Assembly: GCA_951406725.2 (NCBI GenBank)
Contig: OX597815.1
Span: forward strand, 185,318,001-185,382,000
Origin: Octopus vulgaris
Lineage: Eukaryota
Reading direction: 5' to 3'
Length of the DNA: 64,000 nucleotides
Part shown: in pieces, positions 27,608 to 40,606 of the stretch
How positions within the stretch are numbered: position 1 is the stretch's first letter
How the letters are laid out: every line of letters starts with the position of its first letter
The notes under the pieces: generated by a model
What the model was told of the DNA's origin: nothing
The model's input: the letters and a program-made list of their open reading frames with translations, nothing else
Database searches by the model: none
Made by a program: the position numbers and the translations under genes

Positions 27608-28100
27608 TGCATTTGCACAACTTCTAACGCTGGAGATGTACTACAGTGTCAACTGTTCACTAGCAGTGAACTAAAGTAACACCTCTTATTTTTTTAGCAC
27701 CTTCTGGAGTATTCGAACGGTTCCAAGCAGTGCTGTTTTTGAAAGTGCTCCACCCTTATTGCAGCCTCTATTTGTTCCACGTACTTTTCGAGATTTTTGC
27801 TCACTCTTCCCAGGGCGCCGTCAATTATTGGTACTACTGCCACCTTTTTCATCGACCACAACTGCTTAACTTCCCAAGCTAACCTGTCATATCTCTCAGC
27901 TTTTCTTTCTTCCTTATCGCATACCTTGTTGTCAGCTGAACATACTCTATCTATGATCCAGCATAGTTTGTTTTCTTATTCAATTAAGACTATGTCTGAC
28001 TTCCTATTCTCTATCTCATGGGCGCACTGAATCATAAGATCCCATAGGATCTTTGCATTTCTATTTTCGACGATGCCTTCAGGTTTGTGGTCGTACCAAT
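27608..28100 (-). mobile_element. Second, diverged R4/Dong-type REL endonuclease 3' fragment in (TAA)n
   Basis: WYDHKPEGIVEN..KILWD...ENRKSDIVL...WIID...KAERYDRLAWEVKQLW...VPIIDGALG, with a stop and a frameshift; flanked by (TTA)n. Confidence 0.8.
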
Positions 28101-28150
28101 CATTATTATTATTATTATCTTTATTATTATCATTATTATCATTTTTTTTT

Positions 28151-28514
28151 TTAGATTATATAGGACTGAGGTAACTCCTCCAGAAGTTGTAGAGAAATTA
28201 AAAAACAGAAGAGTGCCATAGTTATCATGTGAAATTGGTTGAACGATAGTTCGGCATCTAGCGTGCCTTCCACAGGTCCAAAAATTACATTTCAGTCTAC
28301 TTCATTTTTTTGTTAAGATTATATAAGACTGAGGTAAATCCTCCAGAAGTTATATTTTTTATTTCTCTATAACTTCTGGAGGACTAACCTCACTTCTATA
28401 TAATCTTTAAAAAAAATAAAGTAGACTAACTTGTAAATTTTGAACCTGTGGAAGGCACGATAGATGCCGAAATATCGTTCAACCATTTTCACATGAAAAC
28501 TATGGCACTCTCTT
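28151..28514. mobile_element. Fold-back element with partial tandem plus inverted arms carrying variant hammerheads
   Basis: Arms ~28209-28354 and ~28367-28512 are reverse complements; 28151-28198 repeats 28314-28354. Plus-strand motif TTGAAC-CTGTGGA-AGGCACGATAGATGCC-GAAA-TATC-GTTCAA at 28440-28482. Confidence 0.75.
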
Positions 28515-28559
28515 ATTCTTTATTTATTAATTATTATTATTATTGTTATTATTATTATT

Positions 28560-28602
<43 letters not shown>

Positions 28603-28731
28603 GTGTTGTTGTTAACATATTTTAAGTATATTCAAAGTGAAATCATTTTATCTTGTATCTTGTTAAAACAACTCATTTCAAGTAAACCAATAACTGTGGA
28701 TTGTCTAAATATGTGCTTTAAACAAACTACA

Positions 28732-28773
<42 letters not shown>

Positions 28774-29367
28774 GCGCGCGCATACACACGTAGAGAGAGT
28801 GAGAGAGGAAAAAGGAGAGAGAGAGAGTATTTATGAAATGTCTAAAAGGCATTGAAACATTATTAAAACTGGCGATATTATTATTATATCAATAGTGCTA
28901 GCAAAATGCATGTTTCCTTAATATAAGCGTTGTTACTAAAATAAGAGAACTGTCTTTTTAAATTGCTAGAAGGAAGATTGTATTGTGTTCAACCCATTTA
29001 AATACTTCATGACCTTAAATAGTTCTAAAGGTTATTCGTTCTTCCCGATCGATCGAATTTAATCTTTGTGAGAAAGTGAACCACGAGACTGAAATATAAT
29101 TTTGTTTATTGCAGAAGCGCTGATAGAAATGTTGCAACCACTTCAATCAATTAGGAAGAAAGAGGTGAATAGCAACTTGAAGGTCGGACTATAATGGAAT
29201 TGCATAAAAAGTTTAATATTTCAAATTACAGTGTTGTAACATGGAATATCTTAATTTTTTTTTAAAATTCATCGTAACAATTGTCAGAATTTCTCAGGTC
29301 TAATTAAATGAATTTCGAATCGTTTCAAATACTTCGGTGAACTAACTCAGCTTTTATTATTATTATT

Positions 29368-29417
<50 letters not shown>

Positions 29418-29454
29418 TATTATTATTATTATCATTATTATTATTATTATTATT

Positions 29455-29653
29455 CTCTTTGACTTTTGCTTTACATTTGTACAAGTTGGCTCCAAGTCTC
29501 ATCCAGAGACCTCAAGAGACTACCAGTTGGAATTTCATGTTGGTTTTTTGCCTAGGGTGCCATATATTTGGTTTTGTATATAGTGTTGTTCTTGAGAATG
29601 TTTAAGAAATCATAAGAAAATTATGTTTGTTTTAAAACTTGAGATTACTTGAG

Positions 29654-29655
<2 letters not shown>
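29455..29655 (-). mobile_element. Probable 3'UTR of another (TAA)n-targeting non-LTR element
   Basis: Unique 200 bp embedded between (TTA)n tracts; minus strand ends ...gtctctggatgagacttggagcc...aaaagtcaaagag(aat)n, same polarity as the two R4-type fragments. Confidence 0.5.
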
Positions 29656-29715
<60 letters not shown>

Positions 29716-30532
29716 GTTCGGTTTAGAATTTCCTGTTGTTCATACTTGATAAGTTAGCTTTCGTTTTCTCTTACAAATTCATTTCCTCAAAACTTGCATA
29801 CATATTATATATGTAATATAACACTAGTCAAAATTGTAGACCCGTCAAGGCGGTGTTCCAGCATGGTCGCAGTCTAATGACTGAAGTGAGTAAAAGATAA
29901 AATAGACTAGATTCTTTTACGACATTTAGACTCACGTCTTTAAGATTGAAGATCAAATCTTCTGGAATCGATAACATAATTATCAATCAAATAATAAAGT
30001 CAATGTGATATACTACACTTACCCATATCTGCTGCCTTGTTTCACTTATTTCACTCTTACGAAACATTACTTATGATTGCAGCGGTGTATTGTAGGTTGA
30101 AGATTTGATCTATCTACAAATTAGTGTCCCTCTTAATTACACGAAAGATTTAGTGAACAGATCCCAAATGCAAAGCTTTATAGAAGACGAGGAATAATTA
30201 CACTGTGACAAGAGGAAATCGTAAGAGATTGAGTTAATTGGATAGCTTCCTGAGGTCGATGTGTCCGAAGTTTCTGTCATACTCCTAGCATTTGCATCGT
30301 ATACGTAGGTAGGTAGTTGATTCTCTCTGCCTCAATCGATCAAACATTTACATGATTCAAAGCAGTGACTACACCAAAATTGACGCTATAGTGTCGCCAC
30401 GGATCATATCTGATCGAGCAGTGCTAAGGTATGCAGGTAATATATCGAAAAGTGACGTCTAACTCATAGATTTATCTTCCAAGGTTTAACATGTCTCCTA
30501 GTTGCACATTCCACCATGTAAGATGAATGGTA

Positions 30533-31280
30533 TGGCGGAGAAGGCGAGCTGGCAGAATCGTTAGCACGCCGGGCGAAATGCTCCGCGGTATTTCGTCTGC
30601 CGCTACGTTCTGAGTTCAAATTCCGCCGAGGTCGACTTTGCTTTTCATCCTTTCGGGGTCGATTAAATAAGTACCAGTTACGCACTGGGGTTGATATAAT
30701 CGACTTTATCCGTTTGTCTATCCTTGTTTGTCTCCTCTGTGTTTATCCCCTTGTGGGTAGTAAAGAAATAGTTATTTCGTCTGCCGCTACGTTCTGAGTT
30801 CAAATTCCGCCAAGGTCGACTTTGCCTTTCATCCTTTCGGGGTCGATTAAATAAGTACCAGTTACGCACTGGGGCTGATATAATCGACTTAATCTGTTTG
30901 TCCCCTCTGTGTTTAGCCCCTTGTGGGTAGTAAAGAAATTGGTATTTCGTCTGCCGCTACGTTCTGAGTTCAAATTCCGCCGAGGTCGACTTTGCCTTTC
31001 ATCGTTTCGGGGTCGATTAAATAAGTACCAGTTACGCACTGGAGTCGATATAATCGACTTAATCTGTTTGTCCTCTCTGTGATTAGCCCCTTGTGGGTAG
31101 TAAAGAAATAGTTATTTCGTCTGCCGCTACGTTCTGAGTTCAAATTCCGCCGAGGTTGACTTTGCCTTTCATCCTTTCGGAGTCGATTAAATAAGTACCA
31201 GTTACTCACTGGGGTCGATATAATCGACTTAATCTGTTTGTCCTCTCTGTGTTTAGGCCCTTGTGGGTAATAAAGAAATA
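30533..31280 (+). mobile_element. SINE family B tandem array (one head plus four ~170-185 bp units)
   Basis: Unit tatttcgtctgccgctacgttctgagttcaaattccgcc recurs at ~30589, 30773, 30943 and 31113. Confidence 0.9.
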
Positions 31281-31734
31281 GGTTATAGAGGAAAAGGTTA
31301 ACACTCATTCCATTTTCCAGTCTATTCTTGTACACCAAAACATTCTGGAAATATTCTCAATTCAAGAGGGCAAGGATTTTCCGGTGAAACAGCCGCTGTT
31401 CAACATGCATTAACAATTATTCCTGATATTATTCTCGTAAACGTAGCGTAGAATGGAACGACTTCTACTTGGCTGATTTATTTTTAATACAGTAAACGAA
31501 GTGGAATTTCTGGAACAGTACTTCTATTTTTCTATACATTGATCAGCGACTGAAGCATTGCCTATAACCTTCGTATGATGTTTGAAATTTTGCATTATCA
31601 ATACTGTGCAGAACTCAAAACCAATTTTAATATTTGTAATCCTTTTCGCTAACCAACTCAAACTGAAGAGATTTCAACCGCTAAGCTAATTTAATGTATA
31701 CCTACGTCTGGACCGATAATATTACTGAAATATT

Positions 31735-32233
<499 letters not shown>

Positions 32234-32316
32234 TGATGTTCTTTAGTAGTTTAGATGTATCTTTAGTATTTTCCAAAATGTTTGGTTACATGAAGCATGC
32301 TTCGATTATATTATAT

Positions 32317-32500
32317 ACATTAGCGAAGGTGGAGGTAATGTTTTCAGTTGCGTTTGTTTGTTTGTCCGTGGACAAGATATCTCAAGAACCGCTGGATGGA
32401 TTCGAATGAAACTTTCAGGGATGTTTAGCTTTATGACTGGCATGAACTGATTAGATTTTGGGATCGATCCCGTACCGGACAAGGATTCTGGATTATTGGT
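32317..32500 (+). mobile_element. Helentron/DINE-like (HINE) non-autonomous element end
   Basis: ggaggtaatgttttcagttgcgtttgtttgtttgtccgtggacaagatatctcaagaaccgctggatggattcgaatgaaactt resembles common HINE subterminal sequence with a (GTTT)n tract. The element may extend further downstream. Confidence 0.5.
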
Positions 32501-33034
32501 TATATTTACTTTACATGATTACGATCTTACGTTAACTTCCAAGTCTCTCTCAATTATCTCCCTTTAGGCTGTAACTATTTCGAATAGTGAATTGTTAACT
32601 TTGGCTTGTATTAGGATTCTGGATTCTTTTTCTCACTTTTCTACTTAATTTTTGAGAGCGGTTGGGTTTATTTTTAGTATTCTCGTTTGTGAGAGCAGTC
32701 GAGTTTATCTTAGATGTTCTCATTTTAAAAACCATTTCTCTGGCTAATTGTTGAGAAGACGTTGGTATTGCTTTGGCGAATGTTTGCACTCTCTGAGTGC
32801 CCTTCTTTTAATTGTATTGTCGCTGCTATTGTTGTAGTTCCACGTAGCAGTTACTGTTGCAGTTGTTACTTTGAATGTGGCATCAGAAGTAATAGAAGCC
32901 TTCTTACTTTCACCTGTTTTAGATGGGAGGCATTCGGGTGGTGTGTAGCAATTCATGTGTGACACCTGGGCCTTCTGTCCTCTACCGTGACGTTATGCTC
33001 AATTCAACAGTTGAATTTGATATATATATAAATC

Positions 33035-33500
33035 TACGAGGGTCGGCTGAAATATTCATACATTAACCAAGATACTCCTATCGAATGTGACCAAATGAGA
33101 TTTATTTTTAACCATAACCCCCTTGCGATCCACACATTTTTTCCATCGGTGTTGCTGTGCCTGGATTCCATTGGTGAAGGAGCTTTCATCCTGTTGGTCA
33201 AAAGAGTTATTAACAGCAGATATGACATCATTATCACTGCGATACTGGTTCCTAGCCAAGTTCTTTTATATGTTGGAAGCAGATAATTAACCTGATGAAA
33301 CAAAACCCCATTCGTCAGTTTACCTGGGCATTTGGTCTTGATAGCCTTTCGTAAGTGTCTCATCAAGTTGGCATAGTACACGCCGTTGAAGCTGTGGCCC
33401 TTTTGAAAATAATCAATAAAAATAATATTTTTGCATTCCAAAAACTGAGACCATTAGCTTCTCTGCAGTCGAAACAACAACCTTGGCCTTCTTTGGGGCA
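33035..33500 (-). mobile_element. mariner transposase remnant with one terminal repeat
   Basis: PKKAK...IIFIDYFQKGHSFNGVYYANLMRHLRKAIKTKCPGKLTNGVLFHQ, and YRSDNDVISAV...FTNGIQAQQHRWKKCVDRKG; end TA|CGAGGG at 33035; internal deletion. Confidence 0.85.
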
Positions 33501-34090
33501 GGTTTCGACACATCTAGCATCGATTCCTCTTGGGACGGACACTCAACAATTGGTTCAGGAGTATCTGGTGGTGTAGATGTATCTCATTGGGTGATAAATA
33601 AATACAACTTGTTAAAATGACTGTTCTGCAATGTAACATGCCGATTTGTAGAGAGAAAATCAGCCAGACGGAGGAAATATCTTCACATATATAGAAGATC
33701 AAAAATAAAATCACAGATTACAAAAAGAGAAACGAACACGCAATCCAGTGAGAAAAGAATTTAAAATAACCGTTTACAGATATGGATGTATAAACGCTGC
33801 ATAGCGCGAGTACACATTCTCATAAAAGCATTCGCAAAAATGTGAGCATACGCACACGTGAGGTTTAGTGCACTCATGAACACAAAGCGTGTTTGTTATT
33901 TACTTGGTGTTTGTAAGAACGGTGAGGTTAAAAGTAAACTTAAGTCATCTATACCTGAAAGTAAATTAAATTACGTCAACAGTTACTCAAAATTATTTCC
34001 TGCTGCATTGTGCGTGTAGGCAGCTCGAGAGACTTTTAGAAATTCTGTTAATTATCTTCTCATTAGTCCACAGAATATTTGTATATAAAC

Positions 34091-34099
<9 letters not shown>

Positions 34100-34153
<54 letters not shown>

Positions 34154-34316
34154 CGTCGGGCTTCTTTCAATTTCTGTCTACCAAATCCACTCACAAGGCT
34201 TTGGTCGGGCCGAGGCTTTAGCAGAAGACACTTGCGCAAGATTCCACGCAGTGGGATTGAACGAGAAGCCATGTGGTTGGTAAGCAAGCTACTTACAACA
34301 CAGCCACTTCTGCGCC
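34100..34316 (-). mobile_element. SINE family A, 5' half
   Basis: Head and body motifs up to the internal microsatellite. Confidence 0.8.
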
Positions 34317-34445
34317 TCTGATATTCCACGATATGATATGCATGTTGCCGTTGTTGCACTACTAATATGTAACCCAGTAAGTCTAGTCTTGCATAATTCG
34401 AAATTGTTAGTGTTAATATTTTTATATATGTTTGTAGATATATGT

Positions 34446-34486
<41 letters not shown>

Positions 34487-34498
34487 TATGTATGTATG

Positions 34499-34530
<32 letters not shown>

Positions 34531-36599
34531 GATATACATAGCACACCCGTTGAGAACATAATTACTTTTCTCAGATGAGGTGAAGTTCAATTAGACAAAA
34601 GATTTATACATTATTCATTGTTTCCTTTAGTATTCATAAGGAAATACAAATAATTAACGATGTCTACCTTAGATAAACCTACGAATGCGATGTAGATCTA
34701 CAGAAATGATGCATTAAAACAGAATATGAAAGAAATTATATTTCAGAATTAAAACAGCAAATCAGAAAAATTTTGTGTGTCCAGTGTAGGGAATATTTCC
34801 ATTTTTATCTTTCTCTTAACTCATTGCTGCTACAAAAAGGTATATTCATATCATTTCATTGGCTGACGCCGTCATCAATGACGACTCTGTTATCGGTTTC
34901 CTTCATTATTTTTATTTCACATATTTTTATCACACTCATTAAGTTACAGTTCTTTCTATCATTTTGTAAACGGTTATCCTCTCATTAATATCATCAGTAA
35001 TATTTGCGGTCTAAATTGAACAGTTTCCGTCTAAATATCCGCTTATCTCAGCTCCTGTTGGGACCGACATTGTCATTATATTTCGTCCTTCATGATGATA
35101 TAATTATAACACCTTCATATCATTTGCAGAAATGCATTCCAATTAGACTCATTGATGACAAGTTAAAACATTACATTTGTAAAATATACAGCATTTTTTT
35201 TTTAATGTTACACCTTTGCTGCATTGTGAAAAGCCATCAATAATGAACTTTGAGATTCTAATTCGTTAGCGCATGAATGCTTATAATTGTCGGAAATTAT
35301 ACAAAAAGAAAAATAGCTACGGATATTATTGCAAGTTGTTTTAATATCATAATAGCCTTTATCAAATAAAAGTGAAATATATTCATCCATTTAGCTTTCT
35401 TTTTCTGTTTTATAGTATCCTGCATACGCTTGATACTCGGGTTGGATATATATTTCAAATGAGCTTCACTTTAGGATCCCTTGCTGTTTTATAGCTAGTT
35501 ATGAATAAGTAATGCATTTGATGTAAAATTTCCAAGCCATGTTAAATAATAAGTAACAAGCCACAAAATTGGAAACAAGGCGCCTACGGTTTATTGCGAA
35601 TATCTAGATGTATACACCTATCATCTACTTCCATAAGTGAACATATTTCATATCAATAAAAACAGTTAATAGTATACGGAACCTACTTGTATCTTCTACA
35701 TAAATGAATAAACAAGAACCTAAATAAATCATGAAACCCAAGAAGAAAAAAAAGCTGATATTTTTACTGCCAAGAGGAATGTAATTTTCAATTTAGATTT
35801 CATTGATAATGTGTGAATAGGGAAAAAATATTGATTTTGATATCTGCAATAGATGGGGTTTGTTTTTGCTTTTTGTTGCTTTATTTTTGGTTTTGGTTTT
35901 GTTTTGTTTTGTTTTGTTTTTGCATATGGTTGCTATCGATATCTACCGTGCTGAAGTAATTTGAATGAACTGGGTTCAAAGCAGCGTATATTACATAAGA
36001 TCAGAATTGCACATAAAAGCTACAAGGAAAGATATAAAAGATATATTATTTCGGGATCCATTACATGATAGGATAGAAGGAATTGTTGTATTAGATGAAA
36101 TTATCCATGATGTATAATGCCTTTCAACTTTGACAGTGCTATTGGGGATAGGAATATGTAGTGCCACTTCTCTAACGAGTTCCTCCTTACCAAATGTAGT
36201 AAAGTGTGATTTGTGTGGAATTCGGCTGCCATAGTTATCAGCGTATTCGACAATGTTATGAAAAGGTGAGCCTCTCTAATACACTTGTTGCTGTGTGAGC
36301 TGAGAGACGTAGAGGTGAGTCATAAGAGGAGGATAGTGCACACCCGTTTAGATGTTCCGGATGTATCAGTAATTAAGGCCATTTACTGTCAACTGTAATC
36401 AATGAGAGATTGAGAATGGTATCTCACATTTAAAAATGGTTAGTTAATCCACTTTTATAAACAAAGACAAACATGGCTGGATAAAGCTGTGCTCGGTTAG
36501 TAAAAAATTAAGTGGTTTTATTTAATCAATTTTACTACGGATATCTTAGATTGGTTTACGAAGTGCTTAGCCTCGTTACAGCACGCTGAGGAGATGTGC

Positions 36600-36930
36600 A
36601 TAAATCCTAAATTTTCAGCAACTGGATTACTGGAAGCATTTAACTTGTTTCTTGCAAGAAGGGGTCCTAAGAGGGCCTGGCATCATAAGCCTTACAAGTA
36701 TGATGGACCTGTCTTTCTATATGGGCGGTGCCAAAGGCATATCCTGTATCTGGAGTGTAACTGACACCTGTCTTAACCAATGGTGGTCGGAACGCAATGT
36801 GTCCCAGAAGTGAAGTCATCCAACACTTTCCATATTGACCAAGCTGATGGGAATGGCCGCATCGGGGTCGGGTGGAAACGATCTTCTGCTTCGCCCGGAC
36901 AATCCTAAAGGAAAGATCACCGTAAGACAA
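36600..36930 (-). pseudogene. Possible decayed LINE APE-endonuclease C-terminal remnant
   Basis: Across frames: QKIVSTRPR.GH, TLRSDH, RQVHHTCKA, resembling QIVxxPTRxPD..GH / SDH / RxVWHYxKA of Jockey/CR1-group ORF2. Confidence 0.4.
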
Positions 36931-37219
36931 CTATTATCAATATAATCTGATTCCTATTTTTAATTTTAATCATATAACACAAAGTAGCAGCAAGGCTAAG
37001 AGCAAAAATACAAATTTCCAAAACTTTTTAACAAGCTTCAATAATACTATGCCATAAAGACTGAAAAAGCAAACGAATCACTATCATTTTAGTAAGCTCT
37101 TTTATTATCTTGGACAGAATTCTCTTACAGCTTTAATTTTCTCTTTTAGTGGGTCCTCATGTAATCTATGAGTATTAGTCTATTAGTCCATTAGTCCATT
37201 CCTATGTAATCTAGGGGTA

Positions 37220-37711
37220 CAGCAATCCCTCGATCATCGCGGGTGTTACGTTCCAAAACCACGCCAGGGTAGATGAAAATCCGCGAAGTAGAAACAGTAT
37301 TGTATATTTTTTAACTATTTTTATAACTTGTATTTATTTATTTTGGGGTGGCGCGTGGCTTAGTGGTTAGGATGTCAGCATCATGATCGTAAGATTGTGG
37401 TTTCGATTCTTGGACCGGGCGACGTGTTATGTTCTCGAGCAAAACACTTCATTTCACGTTGCTCCAGTCCACTCAGCTGGCAAAAATGAGTAACGCTGCG
37501 ATGGACTGGCGTCCCGTCCAGCTGGGGATCGCATACGCCATTGAAACCGGGAAACTGGGCCCACGAGCCTGGCTAGGCTTTAAAAGGGCGCATTTATTAT
37601 TTATATATATATATATTTTATTATAAAAGCAAAACAACACCACACAATAATTGACGTAAGCTTAAATAATAAACCGCGATAGGGGAACCGCGATATGGTG
37701 AGGGATTACTG
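37220..37711. mobile_element. Tigger/pogo-like MITE with TA target-site duplication, interrupted by a SINE
   Basis: TA|CAGCAATCCCTCGATCATCGCGG ... CCGCGATATGGTGAGGGATTACTG|TA: ~23 bp imperfect TIRs. Confidence 0.8.
37349..37595 (+). mobile_element. SINE family C (tRNA head, Meta/V-domain-like body) nested in the MITE
   Basis: A box tggcttagtgg, B box gtttcgattc, body gcgatggactggcgtcccgtccag...gaaaccggg; near-identical to 63570-63780. Confidence 0.8.
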
Positions 37712-38168
37712 TACAACTTCCTTAGACCTTCTTTTATTCTCTACAGTCTCTCCAATTCTCTACTGTTTCATCTCTCTTTCATACAAGTCCCTACACTACT
37801 CTTAGCTTACATCTCCAGCACATACGTAACCTTCAACTATTAGTACCACTGCATTACTAGAATCGATACTGCTATAATGTTTCTCTCTGGAATCGGTCTT
37901 CTCTCATTGAATTAATACTAAAACACAGCACGATATTCACTGAGACTAGTTTTATATAAGAGACGATTAATACTATAGCTTTGTTGTAATAAACTTGATA
38001 ATCTTAGACATGATAATAAGTACCACGATATAAGGGACAATGATATTATTATTAATAATAAATATTATGGTTTATTGTAGATATCATATTACATTTAGGG
38101 TCTAACTCTAAAATATAATTTTACTTCTGAAGATATCTTTGTAGCTATGCATGTGAGTGTGTGTGTGT

Positions 38169-38205
<37 letters not shown>

Positions 38206-38210
38206 TGTGT

Positions 38211-38246
<36 letters not shown>

Positions 38247-38989
38247 AATCGAAAACAATGAAGAGGCAAAATGGAACTTTGACTTGTGTAATATTATATC
38301 ATAACACGTGGTGTTACTTCTGCTTACAGTGTGTTTTATTAGCATAAATTATTACAAAATTTTAAAGTGGGTTTTGGAGTGCAAACTATACGTTTATAAA
38401 CAGAATAAAATTGTGCATGCTGCGTAATGATAAAATTTGAATATTCATTAATGCAATGTGTCACAGATTTCCTCAGGTAAAAATCTGTTGATTTAACGAT
38501 GGTAATTTCCGTTTCATCTTATTTTCCATAAAGCAAAGTGCTTTCTATGCCTTACATCTTCGTCTTTATTTAATCCATTAGTAATTAAATGCACTTAATT
38601 TTTTCTCCCTCTCTTATTAATAGAATTCAATGTTTTAAAATAATTTTCAATGAAAGACTGTGTCATCAAACACTCTGTAACATTCCGGTAGGTATATATT
38701 TCAAACGATAAAAAAATACTCATTCACACACACATACATGTATCCATGTATGTATGTATGTATGTATGTATATGTGTGTGGCTGTGCGTGTGTGTGCGTT
38801 ACGCATACACACGCACACAACCGTACGCATATATGCACAATCACAAAGACGCGTGTGTGTATCTGTGTGTGTGTTTGTGTGTACGTACGAGGAAATCACA
38901 ATCTTCCGATTATGAGAGCAACACTACAATTCCCTAGTTATATGCCTATATGCCTCCATGCCTCCACACACACACACACGTATATATAA

Positions 38990-39051
<62 letters not shown>

Positions 39052-39174
39052 ATGTATGTGTATATATATATAAACAAACTATTTGGAATTTGGGTATACG
39101 TCTATTAATATGTCGATTAAAGTACATTCACCGTTTGAGCTACTTGCTGTCATCCATAGTAATGTTATGATTTT

Positions 39175-39363
39175 CACTGGATCAACCTCAGAAAATCTGT
39201 AGTGTTTGCTACAGTAGATGGATGTAATACGAATCGTTATTCAACACGACAACCGTTTCGACCCATCCATCATCTGTCCCTTACGGGTAGGATATATCCA
39301 TCTTCTGTTCTCTTTACCAACTATACACTTAAACACTGCGGATTTTCTGAGGTCGATCCTGTG
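39175..39363. mobile_element. Small fold-back element with ~30 bp TIRs
   Basis: cactggatcaacctcagaaaatctgtagtgttt vs aaacactgcggattttctgaggtcgatcctgtg. Confidence 0.65.
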
Positions 39364-39421
39364 GATTTGGTAGACGGAAACTGAAAGAAGCCCTTCGTAT
39401 ATATGTATGTATATATATATT

Positions 39422-39470
<49 letters not shown>

Positions 39471-39670
39471 CTGTGTTTGTCCCCCCAACATCACTTGACA
39501 ACCGATGCTGGTGGGTTTACGTCCCCATCACTTAGCAGTTCGGCAAACGATACCGATAGAATAAATGCTAGGCTTACAAAGAATAAATCCTGGGGTCAAT
39601 TTGCTCGACTAAAGGCGTTGCTCCAGCATGGCCATAGTCACATGACTGAAACAAGTAAAAGAGTAAAGAG
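39361..39670 (+). mobile_element. SINE family A lacking its head
   Basis: gtggatttggtagacggaaactgaaagaagccc...catgactgaaacaagtaaaagag. Confidence 0.85.
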
Positions 39671-39690
39671 TATATATGCACACACTTATG

Positions 39691-39745
<55 letters not shown>

Positions 39746-40004
39746 TACATACATACACACACAAATATATATAGAAACTAACAAACGGCATGTGACGACA
39801 AACGCGGTACAATATTGGAAACAATATCGGAAACAGAGGCCTACAATTATTGAATGATACGGTTGGGGAGACACGGGATTTGAATTTCCGTACCTAACGA
39901 CGTGATCACTGCATCTCTTCAGCTGACGTAACCCAGGCATGTGTGTCTGTATACGTTTGTATATGTATGTATATGGTGTGCACACACACACACATATATA
40001 TATA

Positions 40005-40195
40005 TGATAGATCGTTAGCCACTACACACATTTTTTCTCTCCTTGTTTCTCTCCTAGTTTTTTTCTGTGTCCCTTTTTGTAGAAGAGCGTAGGCTCGAAA
40101 CGTAAAAGACTTTTTCTATTCCTGAGCGTTATACTAATACATCTGTTTGTTTTGTACATCACCTGTCTTCGTCTTTTACTTTTTTCGTAAACTCT

Positions 40196-40200
<5 letters not shown>
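40005..40200 (+). mobile_element. ~195 bp hammerhead-bearing element ending in (TA)n; second copy at 63790-63981
   Basis: Both copies: gatcg(t/c)tagcc...tttctctccttgtttct...gaagagcgtaggct(c/t)gaaacgt...gagcgttatactaatacatctgtttgtt...ctccctatata. Confidence 0.8.
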
Positions 40201-40234
<34 letters not shown>

Positions 40235-40235
<1 letters not shown>

Positions 40236-40452
40236 TTGCAGCGTGGAAGGTGTTTGTAAGCCATTTAAGAAACACACAAAAGCCGTTCGATTCACTTCAA
40301 CATTTAAGTTTAATTTGTCAAAATGTTTTCGTCGCTTTAAGACCGCGACCTGTTCACTGACTAAAATCCGTGCTGCAACTTAAATGTTGAAGTGAATCGA
40401 ACGGCTTTTGTGTGTTTCTTAAATGGCTTACAAACACCTTCCACGTTGCAAT
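40235..40452. mobile_element. 76 bp near-perfect inverted repeat with a 66 nt loop, between (TA)n tracts
   Basis: 40235-40310 is the reverse complement of 40377-40452, with one mismatch seen. Confidence 0.9.
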
Positions 40453-40606
40453 TGTTTTCGTTTCAGCACACGATCTCAGATCAAATCACTTGCTATGCAG
40501 GTACATCTCCGTATATATATATATATATAATGTTTTTATTTCAGCGATAATGCAAACATGTATGTATTTAAAATTTTATGAAAGTACACCTATGTGTGTG
40601 TGTAGT

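Noticed and set aside
39860-39940. Hammerhead (minus-strand CTGAAGA...GGAAA)
   Set aside because: No convincing stem II closure or stem I pairing found.
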